NCBI GenBank assembly: GCA_905181635.1
Contig: CAJIYM010000005.1
Span: 113,529 to 177,528 of the forward strand
Source of the DNA: an uncultured Flavobacteriales bacterium
GTDB taxonomy: Bacteria; Bacteroidota; Bacteroidia; Flavobacteriales; BACL11
DNA: 64,000 nucleotides
Direction of reading: 5' to 3'
Both the position numbers and the translations under genes were made by a program. Positions 50,694 to 58,498 of the stretch are shown piece after piece. Below the pieces are notes generated by a model. That model was not told where the DNA came from. It saw only the letters and a program-made list of their open reading frames with translations, and did no database searches. Each line of letters begins with the position of its first letter. The stretch's first letter is position 1.

Positions 50694-51740
50694 TTACCTA
50701 AAGCTCCAATCGTAAGTATGTAGGTTTTCTACTGAGTGACGCAATAAATCAATTGCTCCTCTTACGTCCTCTTTGTGGACCATCTCTATAGATTGATGAA
50801 TGTGTCTTGTTGGTATAGAAACGGCCCCAGCAATACTTCCTCCTGGATTCATTCTTTGTATTCCCGCTGTATCTGTTCCACCTGCAGGCAATATTTCCAA
50901 CTGTGTTTTTAGCTCCTTCTTTTTCGCTAATTCTTTCATGTATTTTACCATACGGTAATCACAAACAGTAGCAGAATCCATCACCTTAATACAAGCCCCT
51001 TCACCCAAAGCAGAAACTTGTTCTTGTTTAGTGCTTCCTGGAGTATCCCAAGCAATAGTAGTGTCTAAACCAAAACCAAAATCAGGATTTATATCCATTG
51101 AAGAAACGTTGGCGCCTCTAATACCTATTTCCTCTTGTACAGTAAATACTCCGTATACATCATAAGGAGGTGTTTGTTTCATTTCACGGAACATTTCAAT
51201 AAGTATAAATACAGAAACTCTATTGTCTAAAGATTTACAATTTATACAGTCTCCCATCTCAATCAGATCACTACTTCTGGTAATTGTATCTCCTACTGAA
51301 ATTATTTTGTCTAATTCTTTTTTGGGTCTTCCTGTGTCAATAAAATAATCTTTAATAGTAGGCACCTTTGCCCTATCAGCAGCATTCATTAAATGAATTG
51401 GCTTACCCCCCATTACCCCAATAATATCCTCTGTTCCGTGTATAATCACCCTTTGTGCTGTTAGTGTTTTTGGATCAAAACCACCTAAAGTATGGAAATA
51501 AACAAACCCCTTGTCATCAATATGAGTAACAATAAATCCGATCTCATCCATATGAGCACCAATCATTACTCGTTTACTTTCTTTTCCTTTTTTTATTGCC
51601 ACAACATTTCCCATGTTGTCTATTCTTATTTCATCTACTAAGGATTCCACCTCTCTTAGTACAATTTCTCTTACTTTTTGTTCGTGTCCTGGTGCTCCTG
51701 CTACCTTACAAATCTCTGCTAATAATGCTGTATTTATCAT
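50694..51740 (-). CDS. M42 family metalloaminopeptidase
   Basis: GAPGHE, AHMDEIG, LDNR, QEEIG, GGTD, RHIH. Confidence 0.93.
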   Translation of the reverse strand: MINTALLAEICKVAGAPGHEQKVREIVLREVESLVDEIRIDNMGNVVAIKKGKESKRVMIGAHMDEIGFIVTHIDDKGFVYFHTLGGFDPKTLTAQRVIIHGTEDIIGVMGGKPIHLMNAADRAKVPTIKDYFIDTGRPKKELDKIISVGDTITRSSDLIEMGDCINCKSLDNRVSVFILIEMFREMKQTPPYDVYGVFTVQEEIGIRGANVSSMDINPDFGFGLDTTIAWDTPGSTKQEQVSALGEGACIKVMDSATVCDYRMVKYMKELAKKKELKTQLEILPAGGTDTAGIQRMNPGGSIAGAVSIPTRHIHQSIEMVHKEDVRGAIDLLRHSVENLHTYDWSFR

Positions 51741-51748
51741 TTTTGGTG

Positions 51749-53164
51749 TTATTTTACTTTACTTAATTTCATCATATTTGTCATGCCTTTTTCTTGGGCT
51801 GGCATGCTAGCCAAATTTACTACTAAGTCTCCTTTTTTTAAGAAACTCCCATCTCTTAAAATTTCTTTAGTTTCCTTTATAGTTTGATCCGTTGTCGTTC
51901 CTCTGTCGTAATAAAAACCTCTTACCCCCCAAACTAAGCTTAGTGTGTTTAAAATCGTATGGTTATTTGTAAAGGCGTAAATAAACGCACTTGGCCTGTA
52001 ACTAGACATTTTAACTGTGTTAAATCCAGAATAAGTAACTGTAATTATTGCTTTAGCGCCTGTACTTTTAGCTATATCGCAAGCATTCGAACAAATTGCA
52101 TTTGTCAAAAATCTTTCGTTGTTTATAATGGTTTTATTTATTCTATTTTTTGATATATTATGGTCACTACCCTCAACATCTCTAATAATTTTCCGCATAG
52201 TATCGACAACACTCAATGGGTAGTGCCCAACAGATGTTTCTCCGCTTAACATTACGGCATCAGCACCGTCAATAACAGAATTTGCCACATCATTTACTTC
52301 AGCCCTTGTTGCTGATGGATTTTCAGTCATACTTTCCAGCATTTGTGTTGCAATTACAACTGGCTTTGCCTGTGTAATACATTTTTCAACAATCATTTTC
52401 TGATAAACAGGAACCTTATGTGGTGGCACCTCAACTCCTAAATCCCCCCTTGCAACCATAATTGCGTCAGCTGCTTCAATTATTGAATCAATATCATATA
52501 TTGCTTCTGGTTTTTCTATTTTTGCGATTACTTTGTGATTTAGCTTTTGCTTATCAATTATTCTTTTAAGAATTCTAACGTCATTTGCTGAGCGCACAAA
52601 CGACAATCCTATCCACTCTATTTTTTCTGAAAGTACAAAAGCCAAATCTTTCTTGTCTTTTTTTGTTAGACAGGGCAATGAAATTTTAGTGTTTGGTAAA
52701 TTAACCCCTTTTCTTGACTGCAATAAACCTCCAAATATTACTTTCAAAACAACAGCGTCTTTCTTATTTGTACTTTTAGCCTCTAACACTATCTTGCCAT
52801 CGTCTAACAGAACCCGATCCTTTACCCTAACGTCTTTAGCGAAATTAATGTAACTTATATGAATTGTGTTTTTCTTTTTTTTTGTGCTAAAAACTACCTC
52901 CTCTCCTTTTTTAAGTTTTATTGGCTTTTCGAATATACCTACCCTTATTTTAGGGCCCTGTAAGTCGGCCAAAATAGCAGTATGCATATGTAACTCTTGG
53001 TTAATCTCCTTTATGCTTGAAATAATCTTTTTTGCCGCATCATGTTCAAGGTGAGAAAAGTTTAGCCTACACACATTAACTCCTCTCAATATAATTTTCC
53101 TCAACATCTCTTTGGATGATGTTGCTGGGCCTATAGTTGCTATAATTTTAGTTTTCCTTATCAT
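51749..53164 (-). CDS. pyk: Pyruvate kinase
   Basis: TKIIATIGPA, RLNFSH, DLQGPKIR, AKIEK, MVARGDLG, ATQMLESM, MLSGET. Confidence 0.97.
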   Translation of the reverse strand: MIRKTKIIATIGPATSSKEMLRKIILRGVNVCRLNFSHLEHDAAKKIISSIKEINQELHMHTAILADLQGPKIRVGIFEKPIKLKKGEEVVFSTKKKKNTIHISYINFAKDVRVKDRVLLDDGKIVLEAKSTNKKDAVVLKVIFGGLLQSRKGVNLPNTKISLPCLTKKDKKDLAFVLSEKIEWIGLSFVRSANDVRILKRIIDKQKLNHKVIAKIEKPEAIYDIDSIIEAADAIMVARGDLGVEVPPHKVPVYQKMIVEKCITQAKPVVIATQMLESMTENPSATRAEVNDVANSVIDGADAVMLSGETSVGHYPLSVVDTMRKIIRDVEGSDHNISKNRINKTIINNERFLTNAICSNACDIAKSTGAKAIITVTYSGFNTVKMSSYRPSAFIYAFTNNHTILNTLSLVWGVRGFYYDRGTTTDQTIKETKEILRDGSFLKKGDLVVNLASMPAQEKGMTNMMKLSKVK

Positions 53165-53567
53165 TGAAAATAAACCTATCTATGTGTTTTAAACTTGCTA
53201 TATCTACTTCAAAAGCCAACAAAACATCTGGAACGCTTCTTAATTTAATCATAAAATCCATCATCTCTTGCTTCCAGTAGTCATTCTTAATAACCAAAAA
53301 ATAATTAATACTTTTTTGGTTTGGCACTAAATATCCTTTTTTTGATCTATTAGCTAATAAATCATACTCTATTCCTTCATCTGAAATATAGGTATATCTT
53401 GAAAACCATAAGCCTCCTTTAATGTTATGATCGTTTTTTTTTTCAAAGTTTAATTGCATTGAACTGTTAATATTCCAACACAATTTGTAAGCTTTAATGT
53501 GGCTATTTATTGCCAACACAGCAAAATCAAATTCTTCAGCACACTCTAATATAAATCGTGTTTTCAT
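53148..53567 (-). CDS. IPExxxVDY family protein
   Basis: YKLCW.IN, YLVPNQKSINYFL; rnc-this gene-pyk synteny. Confidence 0.75.
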   Translation of the reverse strand: MKTRFILECAEEFDFAVLAINSHIKAYKLCWNINSSMQLNFEKKNDHNIKGGLWFSRYTYISDEGIEYDLLANRSKKGYLVPNQKSINYFLVIKNDYWKQEMMDFMIKLRSVPDVLLAFEVDIASLKHIDRFIFNDKEN

Positions 53568-53572
53568 AATTG

Positions 53573-54196
53573 CTAAAATACACTATTATATGCTTTTTTA
53601 GCTGCTTTTTGCTCAGCTTCCTTAATAGAGGATGCTTGCGCTTCTGCCTTTTTAATTTTTTCTATATAAACTGCAACCAAAAACTCTTGCCTATGGCTTG
53701 GCCCCTCTCTTTTTATAACTTTATATGTTGTTTTTATTTTTAATTTCTGAGACAATTTTAAAAGCTTACTCTTATAATCTATATCAGAAAGCTCCTTAAT
53801 AAATTCTGAACTATAGATATGCTTAATGATAAACTGTCCGGCTTGCTCCATCCCTTTATCAATATAGATAGCCCCTATAATTGATTCAAGCGTATTTCCA
53901 TAAACACTTTTAGGTATTACCTTTAGATTACTTTTAATGTAAGAGTCCAAAAAAATTTTCTTACCCACTAGGTTTAAGTGCTTTCTTCCGACTATTATCG
54001 CTCTTTGTTGGGACAAAAAGCCTTCTTCTTGTTCTGGGTGCTCCAAATACAACTCCTTAGCAACAATAAAATCTAAAATTGCATCTCCCAAAAACTCTAA
54101 GCGCTCATTGTTTTCTTTAACACTATAAGATTTATGCTGTAATGCTTTTAGGTATATACCTTTATGAGCCGGATTGTATCCTAATATTTTAAACAA
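53573..54196 (-). CDS. rnc: Ribonuclease III (start uncertain, frame open to about 54268)
   Basis: NNERLEFLGDAIL, ES.IGAIY.D, dsRBD DYKS..GPSH..K.AEQ.AA. Confidence 0.93.
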   Translation of the reverse strand: MFKILGYNPAHKGIYLKALQHKSYSVKENNERLEFLGDAILDFIVAKELYLEHPEQEEGFLSQQRAIIVGRKHLNLVGKKIFLDSYIKSNLKVIPKSVYGNTLESIIGAIYIDKGMEQAGQFIIKHIYSSEFIKELSDIDYKSKLLKLSQKLKIKTTYKVIKREGPSHRQEFLVAVYIEKIKKAEAQASSIKEAEQKAAKKAYNSVF

Positions 54197-54252
54197 AAAA
54201 GACTTACTCTTATTGCAAAAAGCAAGTCTTTGGTATATTAGTTTTAAAAACG

Positions 54253-55506
54253 TTATGGTGTATATTTTTTAAACAGGACAGATGCGTTATGACCTCCAAA
54301 GCCGAAGGTATTTGTTAGGGCGTAGTTCACTGTTCTTTTTTGTGCTTTATTGAGTGTTAAATTCAGTCTACTGTCTATATCAGGGTCATTAGTCACGTGG
54401 TTAATCGTTGGTGGGATAATATCGTTCTTAACAGCCATAATACATGCAATCGACTCAATAACTCCAGCAGCACCTAACAGATGACCTGTCATTGACTTAG
54501 TCGAGCTAATGTTTAAGTTATAAGCATGGTCGCCAAATAAAGCTTTAATTGCTTTGGTTTCCGCTATATCTCCAAGAGGAGTAGATGTCCCGTGAACATT
54601 GATATAATCTAAGTCTGTTACTGGAATTTCGGCCTCCTCAATTGCTAGACGCATAACATTACGCGCACCCAAACCTTCAGGGTGTGGTGCTGTTATATGA
54701 TGTGCATCTGCCGTTAAGCCTCCACCAACTATCTCTGCATAAATTTTTGCCCCTCTTTTAACAGCATGTTCGTACTCTTCAATGACAATTGCACCTCCAC
54801 CTTCGCCCATTACAAAACCATCTCTATCTTTATCAAAAGGGCGAGAAGCTGTTTTTGGATCATCATTTCTAGTTGATAAAGCCATCATTGCATTAAAACC
54901 ACCTATTCCTGTTTCAAAAACACAAGCTTCAGATCCTCCCGCAATAAAAATATCCGCCTTATTCCACTTGATATAATTAAATGCATCTATAAGAGAGTTT
55001 GTTGATGACGCACAGGCAGAAACTGTAGTGAAATTAGGCCCCCTAAAACCATGCTTTATTGATATGTGGCCAGCAGGAATATCTGAAATAAGTTTTGGGA
55101 TAAAAAATGGATTATACCTAGGAATTCCATTTCCTTGAGCAAAATTTGTAGTTTCCTGTTGAAAACTATTCATTCCCCCTATACCAGACCCCCAAATAAC
55201 TCCCGCTCTATCGAGATTAATTTCATCCAAATTTAAATTAGAGTCTATAATCGCCTCATCACTAGCTACCATTGCATATTGACAAAACAAATCCATTTTT
55301 CTCGCTTCTTTTCTGTGAATAAAATCAGTAACCTCAAAACTCTTTACCTCGCAGGCAAACTTTGTTTTAAAATTTTCAGGATTGAAGTGAGTAATTGGCG
55401 CAGCACCACTTACCCCGTTTTGCAGGGCCTTCCAATAATCCTGTAAGTTGTTCCCAATGGGAGTTAAGGCTCCCATTCCAGTAACAACCACTCTTCTACC
55501 TTTCAT
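54253..55506 (-). CDS. fabF: 3-oxoacyl-ACP synthase II
   Basis: RRVVVTG.G, SACAS, HGTST, KSMTGHLLGAAG, FGFGGHN. Confidence 0.96.
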   Translation of the reverse strand: MKGRRVVVTGMGALTPIGNNLQDYWKALQNGVSGAAPITHFNPENFKTKFACEVKSFEVTDFIHRKEARKMDLFCQYAMVASDEAIIDSNLNLDEINLDRAGVIWGSGIGGMNSFQQETTNFAQGNGIPRYNPFFIPKLISDIPAGHISIKHGFRGPNFTTVSACASSTNSLIDAFNYIKWNKADIFIAGGSEACVFETGIGGFNAMMALSTRNDDPKTASRPFDKDRDGFVMGEGGGAIVIEEYEHAVKRGAKIYAEIVGGGLTADAHHITAPHPEGLGARNVMRLAIEEAEIPVTDLDYINVHGTSTPLGDIAETKAIKALFGDHAYNLNISSTKSMTGHLLGAAGVIESIACIMAVKNDIIPPTINHVTNDPDIDSRLNLTLNKAQKRTVNYALTNTFGFGGHNASVLFKKYTP

Positions 55507-55515
55507 CTTAATTTG

Positions 55516-55746
55516 TTAGGCTGCCTCAATAAATGAAATGGCATCTCCAACGGTTGCAATAGCCTCTGCCTTGTCATCTGGAATTTGTATATCAAATTCT
55601 TTTTCAAATTCCATAATAAGCTCTACTGTATCCAAGGAATCCGCCCCTAAATCATTGGTAAAATTTGCCTCATTAGTCACTTCACTTTCGTCAACTCCTA
55701 ATTTGTCAACAATAATCGCTTTTACTTTTTCTGCTACATCAGACAT
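55516..55746 (-). CDS. acpP: Acyl carrier protein
   Basis: [14 protein letters not shown]. Confidence 0.97.
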   Translation of the reverse strand: MSDVAEKVKAIIVDKLGVDESEVTNEANFTNDLGADSLDTVELIMEFEKEFDIQIPDDKAEAIATVGDAISFIEAA

Positions 55747-55827
55747 ATTTAAATGTTTTAATTATTAATGTGCAAATAAAACTATAAATTAAAGAACCTG
55801 CAACCTTTCCTATTTTCTATTTTAACA

Positions 55828-55835
55828 TATCTTTG
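55828..55835 (+). promoter_or_regulatory. -7 promoter element (TATCTTTG) for purN
   Basis: TAnnTTTG match. Confidence 0.55.
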
Positions 55836-55864
55836 TTTATACTATTTTTAATGAAAAACTAATA

Positions 55865-56443
55865 ATGCTAAAAAAACTTGCAATATTCGCTTCTGGGTCA
55901 GGTTCAAATGCCGAAAATATCTGCAATTATTTTGCTGAATCATCTAATGTAGAGGTGGTTTTGATTTGTACAAACAAGCAAGATGCTTTAATTGTAAAAA
56001 GGGCTAAAAAACTGAATATTCCAGTGCTCGTATTTACCAAATACGAGCTAAATAATTTTATTGATTTACATAAAAAACTACAAAGTATTGGTGTTGATGT
56101 TGTCATATTGGCTGGATTTTTACTTAAAGTTCCATCAAAAATGATCGATAGCTACCCAAATCGCATTATTAACATTCACCCCTCATTACTTCCAAAATAT
56201 GGAGGAAAAGGAATGTACGGCAACAATATACACAAGGCCGTAATTGAAAACAAAGAAACTGAAAGTGGAATTAGCATCCATTTTGTGAATCAAAACTATG
56301 ATGAAGGAGAGCTTATTTTACAAGAACGGTGCGCTATTTCTTCTAATGAATCTGTAGAAACACTAACACAAAAAATACGTGAACTAGAGTACGCCTATTT
56401 TCCTAGTGCAATTGAAAAAACAATTAAAGAATTATCCAATTGA
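55865..56443 (+). CDS. purN: Phosphoribosylglycinamide formyltransferase
   Basis: ASGSGSNA, LAGFL, INIHPSLLP, YDEG. Confidence 0.95.
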   Translation: MLKKLAIFASGSGSNAENICNYFAESSNVEVVLICTNKQDALIVKRAKKLNIPVLVFTKYELNNFIDLHKKLQSIGVDVVILAGFLLKVPSKMIDSYPNRIINIHPSLLPKYGGKGMYGNNIHKAVIENKETESGISIHFVNQNYDEGELILQERCAISSNESVETLTQKIRELEYAYFPSAIEKTIKELSN

Positions 56444-56480
56444 AAATAATTTTAATAATCTTAAAGACGCTATTTAATTA

Positions 56481-56960
56481 ATGAGCATTATTATTTACAC
56501 TGATGGTTCTGCCAAAGGAAACCCTGGAAATGGAGGGTATGGAATTGTGATGATGAGCGGCTCCTACAGAAGAGAGTTAAATCAGGGGTTTAGGCTTACA
56601 ACCAATAATCGCATGGAATTATTGGCGGTTATTATCGCTTTAGAAAACATTAAGAAAGAGGGGTCGGCTACAACTGTTTACTCTGATTCAAAATATGTAA
56701 TTGATGCTGTTGAAAAAAAATGGGTGTTTGGCTGGGAAAAGAAAAACTTTAACAAAAAGAAAAACCCTGACTTATGGATTCGTTTTTTAAAAATATACAG
56801 AAAACAAAAGGTAAGTTTTGTTTGGGTAAAAGGTCACGCTAACAACAAAGAAAATGAACGATGTGATTTATTAGCTGTACAGGCTGCTGAATCTAAAGAT
56901 CTTATTATTGATAATTGGTATGAAAACAATGTTAAAAATACCGGATCTTCTTTATTTTAA
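56481..56960 (+). CDS. rnhA: Ribonuclease HI
   Basis: YTDGS..GNPG.GG, TTNNRMEL, SDSKYV, WVKGH, NERCD. Confidence 0.96.
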   Translation: MSIIIYTDGSAKGNPGNGGYGIVMMSGSYRRELNQGFRLTTNNRMELLAVIIALENIKKEGSATTVYSDSKYVIDAVEKKWVFGWEKKNFNKKKNPDLWIRFLKIYRKQKVSFVWVKGHANNKENERCDLLAVQAAESKDLIIDNWYENNVKNTGSSLF

Positions 56961-57875
56961 TCAAATATCAAATTTGACTAATTTTACAAACTCATTTATT
57001 CTCTCATTAACATCTATCTGAGTGATTTCTGTTAATTTCTGCGTACCAAACTTTTCAACACAAAAAGACGCCATGGCAGAACCATTAATAACAGCTCTTT
57101 TCATGTTTTCAAAAGAGATGTCATTTGTTTTGGCTAAATAACCTATAAATCCTCCCGCAAAAGAATCTCCAGCTCCTGTAGGGTCAAACACATCTTCCAA
57201 AGGTAGTGCTGGAGCAAAAAACACCTCATCATCATTAAACAAAAGAGCTCCGTGCTCTCCTTTTTTAATTATTAAGTATTTAGGTCCCATTGCTAAAATT
57301 ATTTTTGCCGCCTTCACTAGCGAATATTCTCCCGAAAGCTGCCTTGCTTCTTCATCATTTATAGTCAGCACATCAACCTCCTTTAATGCTTCTTTTAAAT
57401 CATCCATAAAAAGATCCATCCAAAAATTCATTGTATCCAATACAACCAATTTTGGTCTTTTTTTCATTTGACTTAAAACCTGCTTTTGAACACTAGGCAT
57501 TAAGTTTCCAAGCATTAAGAATTCTGATTCTTGATATTTTTCAGGAACAATTGGATTAAAGTTCTCCAATACATTTAACTGTGTATCCAAAGTATCTCTA
57601 GTATTCATATCGTTGTGATATTTTCCTGACCAAAAAAATGTTTTTTCTCCTTTTTTTATTTGCAAGCCAGCAATATCTACTGATTTGTTTTTTAGCATCT
57701 GTATTGCATCTGAAGGAAAATCCTCCCCAACAACAGACACTAAGTTTAAGTTTTTAGCAAAAAATGACGACGATAAACATATATATGTTGCTGCTCCACC
57801 AACTATTTTGTCTGTTTTACCAAAAGGAGTTTCTATTGCGTCAAAAGCCACTGTTCCTACCACTAAAATACTCAT
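56961..57875 (-). CDS. PfkB family carbohydrate/nucleoside kinase
   Basis: GTVAFD.IETP, GGAATY, DPTGAGDSFAGG. Confidence 0.92.
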   Translation of the reverse strand: MSILVVGTVAFDAIETPFGKTDKIVGGAATYICLSSSFFAKNLNLVSVVGEDFPSDAIQMLKNKSVDIAGLQIKKGEKTFFWSGKYHNDMNTRDTLDTQLNVLENFNPIVPEKYQESEFLMLGNLMPSVQKQVLSQMKKRPKLVVLDTMNFWMDLFMDDLKEALKEVDVLTINDEEARQLSGEYSLVKAAKIILAMGPKYLIIKKGEHGALLFNDDEVFFAPALPLEDVFDPTGAGDSFAGGFIGYLAKTNDISFENMKRAVINGSAMASFCVEKFGTQKLTEITQIDVNERINEFVKLVKFDI

Positions 57876-57889
57876 AACTATTTTTTTTG

Positions 57890-57897
57890 CAAATATA
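57890..57897 (-). promoter_or_regulatory. -7 promoter element (TATATTTG) for the PfkB gene
   Basis: TAnnTTTG match. Confidence 0.55.
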
Positions 57898-57920
57898 TTT
57901 TATTATTTCAACCTTTGTGT

Positions 57921-57928
57921 TATTTTTG
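57921..57928 (+). promoter_or_regulatory. -7 promoter element (TATTTTTG) for tRNA-Asn
   Basis: TAnnTTTG 18 nt upstream of the tRNA. Confidence 0.6.
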
Positions 57929-57946
57929 CAGCCGTTTTAACAACAC

Positions 57947-58020
57947 TCCTCCTTAGCTCAGCTGGTTAGAGCATCTGACTGTTAATCAGAGGGTCCTAGG
58001 TTCGAGTCCTAGAGGGGGAG
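57947..58020 (+). tRNA. tRNA-Asn(GTT)
   Basis: Cloverleaf: acceptor TCCTCCT/AGGGGGA, D arm GCTC..GAGC, anticodon arm TCTGA-CTGTTAA-TCAGA, T arm CTAGG-TTCGAGT-CCTAG; CCA is not encoded. Confidence 0.97.
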
Positions 58021-58025
58021 CAAAC

Positions 58026-58056
58026 AAAAAGTCCAGCTATTTAAGCTGGACTTTTT
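58026..58056. terminator. Bidirectional Rho-independent terminator after tRNA-Asn
   Basis: aaaaagtccagct-attta-agctggacttttt perfect hairpin. Confidence 0.85.
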
Positions 58057-58223
58057 GCGTATTAACCAAAATTGTTTTCTATATAAATACTACATTTTTG
58101 ACCCCTATCAAATAAGTAAGTGCAGATTACAAACAATATTAATAGTGTGCCTTTCTTTGTTATTTACACATTATTAATTTTTACGAATTAGTAATTAAAC
58201 TAGTTGCACCAATAGCTATTTAA

Positions 58224-58463
58224 TTACTTTTTTCTTTTCTTAAACAACCTACTGCTTCCTTTTTTAGATTTTTTTCCTATTTTTTTCCCATCTTTATACA
58301 ACACTAACCTCCATTTTGATTTCTTTTTTTCTGTAGATGAGTTTTCAAAATCAGTGCAAGGCAGGGTAGCTGAACCGTTAAATGTTTTTTTTGTTCTGCA
58401 TGAACTCAACACAACAACACTTAACAATAAGATAATGATATGTTTACTTTTCAATAGTCTCAC
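58224..58463 (-). CDS. Small basic lipoprotein
   Basis: GTG start, hydrophobic signal, LSSC lipobox, Lys-rich tail. Confidence 0.6.
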   Translation of the reverse strand: MRLLKSKHIIILLLSVVVLSSCRTKKTFNGSATLPCTDFENSSTEKKKSKWRLVLYKDGKKIGKKSKKGSSRLFKKRKK

Positions 58464-58479
58464 TTGGTAAAATTAAACA

Positions 58480-58487
58480 TATTTTTG
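58480..58487 (+). promoter_or_regulatory. -7 promoter element (TATTTTTG) for rnr
   Basis: TAnnTTTG 11 nt before the ATG. Confidence 0.55.
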
Positions 58488-58498
58488 TTACTTACATT

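Noticed and set aside
57685-57969. 94-aa plus-strand ORF
   Set aside because: Antisense to the PfkB gene and runs into tRNA-Asn
57947-58223. tRNA-Asn as an integration site for an island
   Set aside because: No integrase follows it and I saw no duplicated tRNA 3' end; a terminator lies directly downstream
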